Shown here: positions 19,333 through 27,747 of the stretch, piece by piece
How positions within the stretch are numbered: position 1 is the stretch's first letter
How the letters are laid out: each line of letters starts with the position of its first letter
Source of the DNA: an uncultured bacterium
GTDB taxonomy: Bacteria; Zixibacteria; MSB-5A5; UBA10806
Reading direction: 5' to 3'
Length of the DNA stretch: 64,000 nucleotides
Assembly: GCA_965541585.1 (NCBI GenBank)
Contig: CBEUCH010000006.1
Location: forward strand, 1-64,000
The notes under the pieces: model-generated
Database searches by the model: none
The model's input: the letters and a program-made list of their open reading frames with translations, nothing else
What the model was told of the DNA's origin: nothing
Position numbers and translations under genes: made by a program

Positions 19333-21174
19333 TCATAATCTCTTCAGATGAACCATGAGAATCGAGATATCCCCTGGTGATACGCCGGAAATCCGGGACG
19401 CCTGCCCCAGGGTCTCAGGCTTGAAGGTCGAAAGCTTCTCTCGGGCTTCCTTTTTTAATCCATTTAGCTCAGAATAATTGAGATTTGCCGGAAGCCTGAG
19501 ATCCTCCAGGCTCTGCTGTCTCTCGATCCTGCGTTGCTGTCGTCGAATATAGCCATCGTAGCGCACCTCATTAGCGAGAGAACGAAATGCCGTATCTCCA
19601 AATCTGGATATGGCCTCCTTATATATAGAATATTCGCCGTATATAAGACTCGAATTCCTCAAGGCATCGTAGGCAGAATATTGTTTTCTTATCTGGTTTC
19701 CATTGTCGGAAACCTCAATCTCTATTCTCGATTGCTTCAAATGACTCGACAACTCAGATCTGGCTTTCTCCCGATTCTGGAAATCATCATATATGTGCCC
19801 CTGAACCAATCCAAGATTGTACCCTTTCTCCAGAAGCCTCTCCTCGGCGTTGTCATCGCGTAATTTTAGGCGATATTCGGCCCGGGACGTAAACATGCGG
19901 TACGGCTCCGATGTCGATTTAGTCACCAGATCGTCCAGGAGAACACCGATATAGGCCTCGGCGCGGGAAAGCTTGAACGGTTGCTGCCCGCGTATTTTCA
20001 AAACGGCATTGATTCCCGCCATAATACCCTGGGCGGCGGCCTCCTCGTAACCGGAAGTGCCGTTGACTTGGCCGGCGAAATAGAGGTTCGGAACGATCTT
20101 CGACTCCATGGTGACAAATAGCTGGTGGGGCGGGAAGAAATCATATTCGATCGCATATGCCGGACGTGTCATCTCGACCTTCTCAAGACCGGGAATCGTC
20201 TGCAGTGCAGCATGTTGCACATCCTTCGGCAACGATGACGAAAATCCATTGATATAATACTCACTGGTACTAAGCCCTTCCGGCTCCAGGAACAGTTGGT
20301 GTCGGAGCCTATCGGCAAACCGAACCACCTTGTCCTCTATCGACGGGCAGTATCTCGGTCCAATTCCCTTGATGGCTCCCGAAAACATAGGGGAGGCGTG
20401 TAGGTTTTCGCGGATGATATTGTGAGTCTTTTCATTGGTATATGTCAGGTGGCAGACCGACTGTTCCAGAATCCGGGAATGATCCGAGCGGTTGGAGAAA
20501 TAGGGAGGAGGATCATCGCCGCTCTGGATTTCGCTTTGCGAGAAGTCAATCGTATTGCCATCGAGCCTGGGAGGAGTACCGGTCTTCAGCCGTCCGGTCC
20601 TTATGCCCTGTGCCGTTAGCTTTTCGGTAAGGCCAATCGATGGCGGTTCCCCCATTCGGCCAGCCTTAATTTGATTTAATCCTATATGTATCAATCCGTT
20701 AAGAAAAGTGCCGGCCGTAATAATGACGGCTTGAGAGTCTATTTTTTCCCCGGTTGATAAGATGATTCCCCGGCATTTGCCTCGTTCTATGATAATATCG
20801 GCAACCTCACCTTCGATGATTTCGAGATTCTTCTGCGAGAGGACGGTCTCAGTCATGAACTTCGAGTATAGTGCTCTGTCGGCCTGTGCCCGGCGAGCCT
20901 GGACGGCGGGGCCTTTGCTTCTATTGAGGATTCTGAACTGGATGCCGGTGTTGTCTATAGCGTATCCCATCTCGCCGCCTAAGGCGTCGATCTCCCGCAC
21001 GAGCTGCCCCTTGGCAAGGCCGCCGATAGCGGGATTACAGCTCATCCTGCCGATGGCATTTTTATCCATGGTTATCATGGCGGTCTTGCATCCCATCCGG
21101 GCCGCCGCCAGCGCCGCCTCGATACCGGCATGGCCCCCACCGATTATGATTATCTGGAAATCGATATTGCTCAT
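19333..21174 (-). CDS. mnmG: tRNA uridine modification enzyme MnmG (GidA)
   Basis: [57 protein letters not shown]. Confidence 0.98.
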   Translation of the reverse strand: MSNIDFQIIIIGGGHAGIEAALAAARMGCKTAMITMDKNAIGRMSCNPAIGGLAKGQLVREIDALGGEMGYAIDNTGIQFRILNRSKGPAVQARRAQADRALYSKFMTETVLSQKNLEIIEGEVADIIIERGKCRGIILSTGEKIDSQAVIITAGTFLNGLIHIGLNQIKAGRMGEPPSIGLTEKLTAQGIRTGRLKTGTPPRLDGNTIDFSQSEIQSGDDPPPYFSNRSDHSRILEQSVCHLTYTNEKTHNIIRENLHASPMFSGAIKGIGPRYCPSIEDKVVRFADRLRHQLFLEPEGLSTSEYYINGFSSSLPKDVQHAALQTIPGLEKVEMTRPAYAIEYDFFPPHQLFVTMESKIVPNLYFAGQVNGTSGYEEAAAQGIMAGINAVLKIRGQQPFKLSRAEAYIGVLLDDLVTKSTSEPYRMFTSRAEYRLKLRDDNAEERLLEKGYNLGLVQGHIYDDFQNREKARSELSSHLKQSRIEIEVSDNGNQIRKQYSAYDALRNSSLIYGEYSIYKEAISRFGDTAFRSLANEVRYDGYIRRQQRRIERQQSLEDLRLPANLNYSELNGLKKEAREKLSTFKPETLGQASRISGVSPGDISILMVHLKRL

Positions 21175-21358
21175 AACCATGGATAATACGAAAACGATCA
21201 CAGGGTTTCAATCTAATAGTACAGGGAACATCCCGGAACCTGAAAATGATAATTATAGTTAATAACGCTGTATGGAAATGGATTCAGTTGGCGTTATTAA
21301 AATGGACGTCTGAGTTCCGCACAACAGACATTTAAAAACCTAATCTAAGGAGTACAGG

Positions 21359-21988
21359 ATGAAGAAAACGTTAACGTCCATGCTGACTGTGATCACGTTA
21401 TCCGTAGCGGTACTATCATTCGCCCCGTCGGTCCGCGCGGTTACTTACGAGGTTGAGATCGAGGACTTCGCCTTCGTTCCGGGAAGGCTTCATATCGATA
21501 TCGGTGACGCCATCGAATGGAGAAACCGGGATGATATAATGCACTCGTCTACCAGCGACAACGGTATCTGGGATTCGGGACTGCTGGCAATAGACGAGAC
21601 TTTCACTTTTGTATTCACCACTGAGGGCGTCTTTCCCTATCATTGCAATCCCCATCCCTGGATGGTGGATACGATTGTGGTCGGGAACCCGACCGGGATC
21701 GATGATCAATTGCCATCGATACCGAATCAAATCGAGCTTTCGCAGAATTATCCGAATCCTTTTAACGCCAAAACGGCGATCGAATATGCGTTGCCTTTTG
21801 ACTCGCACGTGAGAATGGTCATTTATAATCTCCTGGGCCAATCGATCGAGACGTTGGTTGACCAAAACCAGGTGGCGGGATATCATCAGGTTTTATGGAA
21901 CGCGGCTGACGCGCCGACCGGAGTTTATTTTTACAGGATAGAGGCTGCGGAATTCACCGCCACCAGGAAGATGCTGCTGGCTAAATAA
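21359..21988 (+). CDS. Secreted cupredoxin (amicyanin-like) with T9SS-type C-terminal domain
   Basis: Signal peptide; MHSST and YHCNPHPWM type-1 copper ligands; QNYPNPFN..GVYFYRI..KMLLAK tail. Confidence 0.88.
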   Translation: MKKTLTSMLTVITLSVAVLSFAPSVRAVTYEVEIEDFAFVPGRLHIDIGDAIEWRNRDDIMHSSTSDNGIWDSGLLAIDETFTFVFTTEGVFPYHCNPHPWMVDTIVVGNPTGIDDQLPSIPNQIELSQNYPNPFNAKTAIEYALPFDSHVRMVIYNLLGQSIETLVDQNQVAGYHQVLWNAADAPTGVYFYRIEAAEFTATRKMLLAK

Positions 21989-22023
21989 ATACTCGTTATT
22001 TAGATTTAATTTAAGACACTTGG

Positions 22024-22056
22024 TGCCCCGGAGCTTACTGCGGGGCATTGGTTTTT
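22024..22056 (+). terminator. Probable intrinsic terminator
   Basis: TGCCCCG..CGGGGCA stem followed by a T-rich tract, downstream of the cupredoxin gene. Confidence 0.5.
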
Positions 22057-22065
22057 CCGCAGCCC

Positions 22066-22404
22066 CCACCCCCAAACAAGTTTGAGGGTGCCACCCGGGG
22101 AATAGGTATAGCGCACTGTCATTCCCGACCCCGATCGGCCATACGGCCCGTATGGGGAATCCAGTTTTCTGTGGTTACAAAGCGGCGTCGGGAACCCTTT
22201 CCCGACGCAAAATACCGGCAGGAAGGGGTTCCTGCCGGCGCGACGAAATATCTATATTGATTATTTAGAATTAATTATTCAATGAAATAATATTCTAGTT
22301 CTAAGATATCCGAATCAAAAGCTTTCGTTATTGCGTCCAGGAATTCATTTTCTGGTTCGGACCGTTTATTTGAGACCTGTAGGGGCGAGGTTACCTCGCC
22401 CCTA
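22066..22404. repeat. Cluster of several REP-like palindrome families
   Basis: CCCAAACAAGTTTGAGGGTGCCACCC; TGTCATTCCCGA..GGAATCCAG; GTCGGGAACCCTTTCCCGAC doublet; GTAGGGGCGAGGTTACCTCGCCCCTAC. Confidence 0.75.
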
Positions 22405-22456
22405 CTGAATTCAAACATTATTGGGCGGACAGAATATGATGAATGTACCCTTTCCC

Positions 22457-23839
22457 TCACTTCCCGATACAAAACCTGCTGAAAATATCGTTTAGAATAT
22501 CATCGGTGGTGGTCTCGCCGACCAGTTCGCCCAGGTGGTCGAGCGATTCCCGCAGGTAGATGGCCGTTACTTCGCCTGAAACACCATCCTTCAATTCATT
22601 CGATGTCTGAGAGAGAACATCGCAGACTTTTTTCATGGCCAGGTACTGCCGCTCGGTGGCCAGTATAGCAGTATCCAGGCTGAAGGTGTCGAGGCTCAGG
22701 GTATGAGCGATCCGGCTTTTCAGATCATCCAGGCCGGTTCCTTTCAGGGCGGAGATGGCGACTGTGTCATTGCGGGGGAATTGATTTGCCACATCCAAGC
22801 CGGAAGCGAGTCCCAGATCGATCTTGTTAGCAGCCACCAGGGTCGGCTTATCGTTGATTGATGAATAAATAGTCTTATCCTCAGCGGTTATGCCTTCCGA
22901 GCCGTCTATCATGAACAAGACCAGATCGGAATTTTCGATCTCCTGTTTGGCGCGATCCTGGCCGATCCGCTCGATCTTATCCTCGCTCTCACGCAGGCCG
23001 GCGGTATCGGTCAGAAGAATCGGGAATCCGTTGATTTCGATCCACTCGGTGAGCGTATCCCTGGTAGTGCCGGGGATCTCGGTGACGATGGCTCGCTCCC
23101 TTTTCAAGAATGCGTTCAGCAATGATGATTTGCCCACGTTAGCCCTGCCGACTATTGCTATCCTGTAACCGGAGTTCAAGCCTCGACCGAAATCGTAGCT
23201 TTTGAGGATCGAATTTGATTCATCCAACTGCTCTTCGACCATATTCCGGATTTTCGTAGCTGGTGTCTTGTCGATCTCCTCCTCGGAGAAATCGATTTCG
23301 GCCTCAATTAAAGTTAAAAGATCCCGGATTGCCGAACGTATACCATCGACCTTTTGATACAGTTCACCTTTGAGATTTCGGGCCGCCGCCTTCAATGCCA
23401 GTTCCGACTTAGCCTCGATTGCCGCAACCACCGCCTCCGCCTGCGATAAAGATATGCGGCCGTTTAAGAATGCTCTTTTGGTAAATTCCCCGGGCTCCGC
23501 CGGTCGGGCACCGCAGCTCACCAGCCTGTCTATAACCGCTTTCGATGATATAAAACCGCCATGACAGATTATCTCCGCCATCTCCTCGGCGGTATAGCTT
23601 CTGGGTGCGAAATATGGAATGATTGTGACCTCATCGATGGGATGGCCCTCATCGTCGATTATGAAATCGTAAAATAGCTTTCTGGCATCGTCAGGTTTTA
23701 TTTTCTGCTTTGCGGTAGTAATATTCGATACGGCAGCGATGCTGCCCGGCCCGGATACTCTTATAACCGCCAGTGCCGATTTGCCGGGCGGTGTCGCCGC
23801 CGCGCAGATTATATCTTCGTTGTTGGTGTTGATTTGCAT
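22457..23839 (-). CDS. mnmE: tRNA modification GTPase MnmE (TrmE)
   Basis: AEPGEFTKRAFLNG, GRANVGKSS, PGTTRD, DTAG, NKID, C-terminal FCIGK. Confidence 0.98.
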   Translation of the reverse strand: MQINTNNEDIICAAATPPGKSALAVIRVSGPGSIAAVSNITTAKQKIKPDDARKLFYDFIIDDEGHPIDEVTIIPYFAPRSYTAEEMAEIICHGGFISSKAVIDRLVSCGARPAEPGEFTKRAFLNGRISLSQAEAVVAAIEAKSELALKAAARNLKGELYQKVDGIRSAIRDLLTLIEAEIDFSEEEIDKTPATKIRNMVEEQLDESNSILKSYDFGRGLNSGYRIAIVGRANVGKSSLLNAFLKRERAIVTEIPGTTRDTLTEWIEINGFPILLTDTAGLRESEDKIERIGQDRAKQEIENSDLVLFMIDGSEGITAEDKTIYSSINDKPTLVAANKIDLGLASGLDVANQFPRNDTVAISALKGTGLDDLKSRIAHTLSLDTFSLDTAILATERQYLAMKKVCDVLSQTSNELKDGVSGEVTAIYLRESLDHLGELVGETTTDDILNDIFSRFCIGK

Positions 23840-23963
23840 AACCGGAGAAATATATGCTTCACACGTGGATGCGGCAAGGAGTAGTAGGCTAAATCGCCCG
23901 CGATCCGACTCTTCTGATCGTCTGGACCACATGGGTCTTGAGCTAATGCAATATCTATCCACT

Positions 23964-24093
23964 TGTCATGCCGGACTTGTCCATACGGATCCCTACGGGC
24001 CGTATGGCCGTAGGAATCCGGCATCCATGAAACGCCCTGTCGGGAAGCCCTTCCCGTCGCAGAGGGCGGTCAGGAAGGGGTTCCTGACCGCGC
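23964..24093. repeat. Interrupted GTCATGCCGG palindrome followed by a REP doublet
   Basis: TGTCATGCCGGACTTG [36-nt insert] ATCCGGCATCCA, then GTCGGGAAGCCCTTCCCG..GTCAGGAAGGGGTTCCTGAC. Confidence 0.7.
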
Positions 24094-24178
24094 AAAAATA
24101 TACTCTTATGATATAAGTGCAGCAAGATTATGTTGATTCCTGTGGATGACCTAACCCGAACACAAAGGAAAACGTCAA

Positions 24179-24203
24179 CAAAAAAGGCCGCCTGCCGCGA
24201 CCC
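24179..24203 (-). terminator. Probable intrinsic terminator after yidC
   Basis: Minus strand GGTCGC-GGCAG-GCGGCC followed by T6. Confidence 0.55.
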
Positions 24204-24232
24204 GGATTGACTCAATGAATATTGAAACTGAT

Positions 24233-25924
24233 TCAGATATCTTTCTCTGCGGCATGTTTCTTTTTAACGAACCATTGCTCGAAAATGCCGAGGATATTGA
24301 ACATGGTCCAGTAGAGTACCAGCCCCGACGCCCATCTGGAAAAAAGATAAGTAAACAGAATCGGCATGAAATAAACCATCATCTTCTGCTTGGGATCGGT
24401 GATTGTCAGCTTCTGCTGGATGAACATTGAAACGCCCATTATGATCGGCAGTAGCCCCACATAGAAATACTGGCCGGTGGGATCCGGCTGCGCAAGATCA
24501 TGGATCCATAGAATGAAAGGGGCGCCCCTTATCTCGATGGTGTTTCCCAGTACCGAGTACATGGCCCAGAAAATCGGGAGCTGAATCAGCATCGGCAGAC
24601 AGGAGCCGAAGGGATTGAATCCATGTTCCTTGTATAGCTTCATGGTCTCTTTTTGGATTCGGGCCGGATCCTTCTTGAACTTCTCCTTGACCTCCTGAAT
24701 CTTGGGCTGGATCTCCTTCATCTTATGCATCGATTTAGCGCCCTTGACCGATAGCGGCCAGAAAACCAGCTTCATCAGAATTGAAAATATGATTATCACG
24801 AATCCGTAGTTTGGAATCGTCTTATGCAGTGTTGTGAAGATCCAGAGAATGGCTATGGCAAATGGCCTGAAGGGCTTCCACCCCATATCCACCAGCGATG
24901 ACAGCCGCTTGCCCATACCGTTCAGGCGATCATAATCCAGCGGGCCCGTGTAAACCGAAAACGTAAGAGAAAGCTCTTCCGGCGGACTTTCGTAAGTCAT
25001 CCCCACCCCGAACCGGTTCCATTCATGCTCATTGCCATCGGAATCAATCATGTTGCCTTGCTTGCCGACAACGATTACCTCGTTGGCGGGCGACGTTTCC
25101 GCCATGACAACCGCGGTGAAGTACTTGGTGCGAGTAGCTACCCATTCTACCGGGCCCGTGGCTATCTTCTTCAGGCTACCATCTTTTACGTCTTTGAAAT
25201 AATCAAAGTCGCCGCCCATGTTGAAGAAGCCGCCCAACTTATTCTTGTCATCATCAGGATTCTTCTCCGTGGACTCCATGGGTGCAAACCAGCCGATGGT
25301 GACCCCCTGCCCCATTCCGAGCTTCTGCGGCCCCCTGAGACTGATATCGATGTCAAAAATGTAGTCTTCATACTGGAAATCATATGTTTTGATGATCTGA
25401 GCGCCATCAGGACGAATATGTGTAAAAGTTACACTACGAGTCGGTTCGGCCTCGCTAAGCACCGAATTGTAACCATCCACCCGGAAATTAGTCGTGTTGA
25501 AATCAGGTAAATCATCAGCGTAGCCGAGTGTCAGGGCGCCATGTCTGGCCCATTCGGGGCCATCCTGATTTCCTATCAAAGAGACTTCAGAGCTATCATA
25601 TTTGACATAATTCTTTAATATTATGTCAGTTACGGTGCCGCCTCTTGATGATAGCGTATAGATTAAATCTCTGGTCTCGATTGTTAACGTCTTCTCCGGC
25701 TCTGCCATCAATTCAGTAACCTCGGCCGTATCAGTCTGAGCGAACGTTGCCGGGACTATTCCCGGTTCCTCAGTGATATCGAGCTCGTCCGCGGGGGAAA
25801 CCAAAGTGGTATCCTGGGGCTGTTCCAACTGAGGCAGGGGCCCGAATATCAATCTGTTTATAGGCTGCCATAACAGCAAAATCAGCAAGACCAGTATGAA
25901 TCCGAGTACAGTTCTTTTATCCAT
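24233..25924 (-). CDS. yidC: Membrane protein insertase YidC
   Basis: MDKRT TM, periplasmic domain, YTGP, NPFGSCLPMLIQLPIF, WIHDLAQPDP, GLVLYW. Confidence 0.97.
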   Translation of the reverse strand: MDKRTVLGFILVLLILLLWQPINRLIFGPLPQLEQPQDTTLVSPADELDITEEPGIVPATFAQTDTAEVTELMAEPEKTLTIETRDLIYTLSSRGGTVTDIILKNYVKYDSSEVSLIGNQDGPEWARHGALTLGYADDLPDFNTTNFRVDGYNSVLSEAEPTRSVTFTHIRPDGAQIIKTYDFQYEDYIFDIDISLRGPQKLGMGQGVTIGWFAPMESTEKNPDDDKNKLGGFFNMGGDFDYFKDVKDGSLKKIATGPVEWVATRTKYFTAVVMAETSPANEVIVVGKQGNMIDSDGNEHEWNRFGVGMTYESPPEELSLTFSVYTGPLDYDRLNGMGKRLSSLVDMGWKPFRPFAIAILWIFTTLHKTIPNYGFVIIIFSILMKLVFWPLSVKGAKSMHKMKEIQPKIQEVKEKFKKDPARIQKETMKLYKEHGFNPFGSCLPMLIQLPIFWAMYSVLGNTIEIRGAPFILWIHDLAQPDPTGQYFYVGLLPIIMGVSMFIQQKLTITDPKQKMMVYFMPILFTYLFSRWASGLVLYWTMFNILGIFEQWFVKKKHAAEKDI

Positions 25925-25930
25925 AGACAA

Positions 25931-26149
25931 TTAAGCGGTGTCGTGCCCCCCCGTATTCCAGGGATTGCAGCGCAATACCCGCCAGGCAGATTTCAGAAGA
26001 CCTTTAAGAGCGCCGTATTTCCGGAAAGATTGGCGGGAATATTCGGAGCAGGATGGGTAAAAACGACAGCGGCCACCCAGGACGGTACCTAAAGAAAACT
26101 GATATAGCTTGACTACGTATGATAGCCCGATTCCAAGAGCCCTGTTCAT
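25931..26149 (-). CDS. yidD: Membrane protein insertion efficiency factor YidD
   Basis: CRFYPSCSEY..RVLRCNPWNTGGHD; ATG overlaps the rnpA TGA. Confidence 0.92.
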   Translation of the reverse strand: MNRALGIGLSYVVKLYQFSLGTVLGGRCRFYPSCSEYSRQSFRKYGALKGLLKSAWRVLRCNPWNTGGHDTA

Positions 26150-26505
26150 CTCAGATCTCTCAATATTATCTCGATCTCGCTTATCAGGGCGGCCTCGTCC
26201 GATATCGGTTTGCCAACGCTGATAACTATTATCTTGCCCGATGGCCACAAATCTTTGTTGTTTCTGAGAAATTCCCGAATTATCCGTTTTACCCTGTTCC
26301 TGCGAACCGCTTTGCCGGCTCCTCTGGAGATGATGATCGCAAGCCTGGTTTTGCCGTCGGTTGATTCGATGCTGGCTATTCGGCAGTATCGTCCCGCGCT
26401 CTTTCTCGTTTCCTTTCCCTGAAGGACACTGAGGAAATTGGACCGCCCGCGCAGTCGATTGCCTCGGGCAAAGGAACGGTCGCAAGATCTGCCGGTGCCA
26501 ACCAG
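26146..26505 (-). CDS. rnpA: Ribonuclease P protein component (missed by the ORF track; probable CTG start)
   Basis: Manual translation: FARGNRLRGRSNF..TRLAIIISRGAGKAVRRNRVKRIIREFLR (RNR motif); position between rpmH and yidD. Confidence 0.9.
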   Translation of the reverse strand: MVGTGRSCDRSFARGNRLRGRSNFLSVLQGKETRKSAGRYCRIASIESTDGKTRLAIIISRGAGKAVRRNRVKRIIREFLRNNKDLWPSGKIIVISVGKPISDEAALISEIEIILRDLR

Positions 26506-26518
26506 GTCGGATACCTCG

Positions 26519-26662
26519 CTATTCGTCTGAGACGGTGAGTTTCCTGCGGCCCTTAGCGCGACGTTTCTTCAGGATGGTCCGACCGGCTTTCGTCGACATC
26601 CTCTTGCGAAAACCGTGATCGTTCTTTCTCTTCCGGTTCGATGGTTGAAAAGTTCTTTTCAT
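26519..26662 (-). CDS. rpmH: 50S ribosomal protein L34
   Basis: [47 protein letters not shown]. Confidence 0.97.
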   Translation of the reverse strand: MKRTFQPSNRKRKNDHGFRKRMSTKAGRTILKKRRAKGRRKLTVSDE

Positions 26663-26825
26663 CCTGTCCTCGTTTCCTCCAGGCTCGTATAACTAAACAA
26701 ACGGCCAATATATGAGAATTATGGTAATCGTCAAGAGAAAACGAAGGCATTTATTCCGAGGCCAGGAACGTGAATGGCCGTGGTGCCGCCTGAGGATGAC
26801 ATTCTAACAGGCTAAGAGAATAAAT

Positions 26826-27454
26826 AGGCTGCGGGCCCGAGAGTACCTATTCCCTGGAGTGGCCATTAATGAAGCCGTTTGCTCATTCTTTGATAGAGTA
26901 TTTGCTCTCCCATTGCACTGTATGTTCTGTTTTAGAGGTAAATTCTCCTTTATAGGTCCCGGTCCCCTGAATGTTCTCGAACTTTCCTGTTCCCTTGATC
27001 CAGGTGTTGGTTCCCTCAAAAGTCGTTGCAGGGGCACCCTCGGCGGATAGGGTGGTGGTTACGTTACCCTCCCATTTTGCGAAGGCGCTGTCGCCGTTCT
27101 TTGTAAATTTTATGTAGCCCTGATGAGGCCCATTTCCACCAACAAGATCGCCGAATGAATAGACGACTACGCGGGCGCCTTCCATGAATTCATGCGCGGC
27201 AGTACTTACGTTGAGACCTTCCGAGGTAGCCAATGTGAGATTGTGCCCATCAGCGTCGCCAACGACGATACTATCCTGTTTGGCATAAGCTTCCTTTATC
27301 TCCCCCGCGATCCTCATCATCTCTTGCGCCGCCGTCATAGTGGGGGTAAAAGCTAAGATGAGAGCCAGGCCAACGAAAAGTGCGGTTAAACGGTTTAATA
27401 GAGCCTTTTCCATAGATTTCTCCTCCTTTTGTTAAGAACTCGGGCCCGCAGCCT
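26826..27454. repeat. Perfect 16-bp inverted repeat pair bracketing one gene
   Basis: AGGCTGCGGGCCCGAG (26826-26841) and CTCGGGCCCGCAGCCT (27439-27454). Confidence 0.8.
26883..27413 (-). CDS. Hypothetical secreted beta-rich protein
   Basis: Signal peptide, AGGAGG ribosome-binding site, GTGKFENIQGTGTYKG motif. Confidence 0.75.
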   Translation of the reverse strand: MEKALLNRLTALFVGLALILAFTPTMTAAQEMMRIAGEIKEAYAKQDSIVVGDADGHNLTLATSEGLNVSTAAHEFMEGARVVVYSFGDLVGGNGPHQGYIKFTKNGDSAFAKWEGNVTTTLSAEGAPATTFEGTNTWIKGTGKFENIQGTGTYKGEFTSKTEHTVQWESKYSIKE

Positions 27455-27747
27455 CGGTATTTGATTATCATCAATCAGGAAACATCCGCCCGCGTGCGAA
27501 GGGCGTTCTAAATCCTACCTCCTGCAAGAGATGGATATTAAGCGATGAGCAATTTACCAGATGCAGTGCCACATGCTTAATAGATACCCCGTTGCTCTAA
27601 ATATGTTATCAAGGCTGAAAGGGCAAGCCCAATTTCATTTTAATTGCCAATTGAGGAAATGTGGTCGCGCGAAGGTGAAATGGATGCCCGGAGCTGGCGT
27701 TGGACAGGGATGCTACCCTTTGTCGATGGCTTTAGTCCGGCCCTGAT

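Noticed and set aside
22457..23962. N-terminally extended MnmE
   Set aside because: MnmE similarity begins at MQINTNNEDII (23839); the extension runs through intergenic sequence
25931..26485. 184-aa extended YidD from the ORF track
   Set aside because: The extension is an off-frame reading of rnpA; YidD similarity starts at the ATG at 26149
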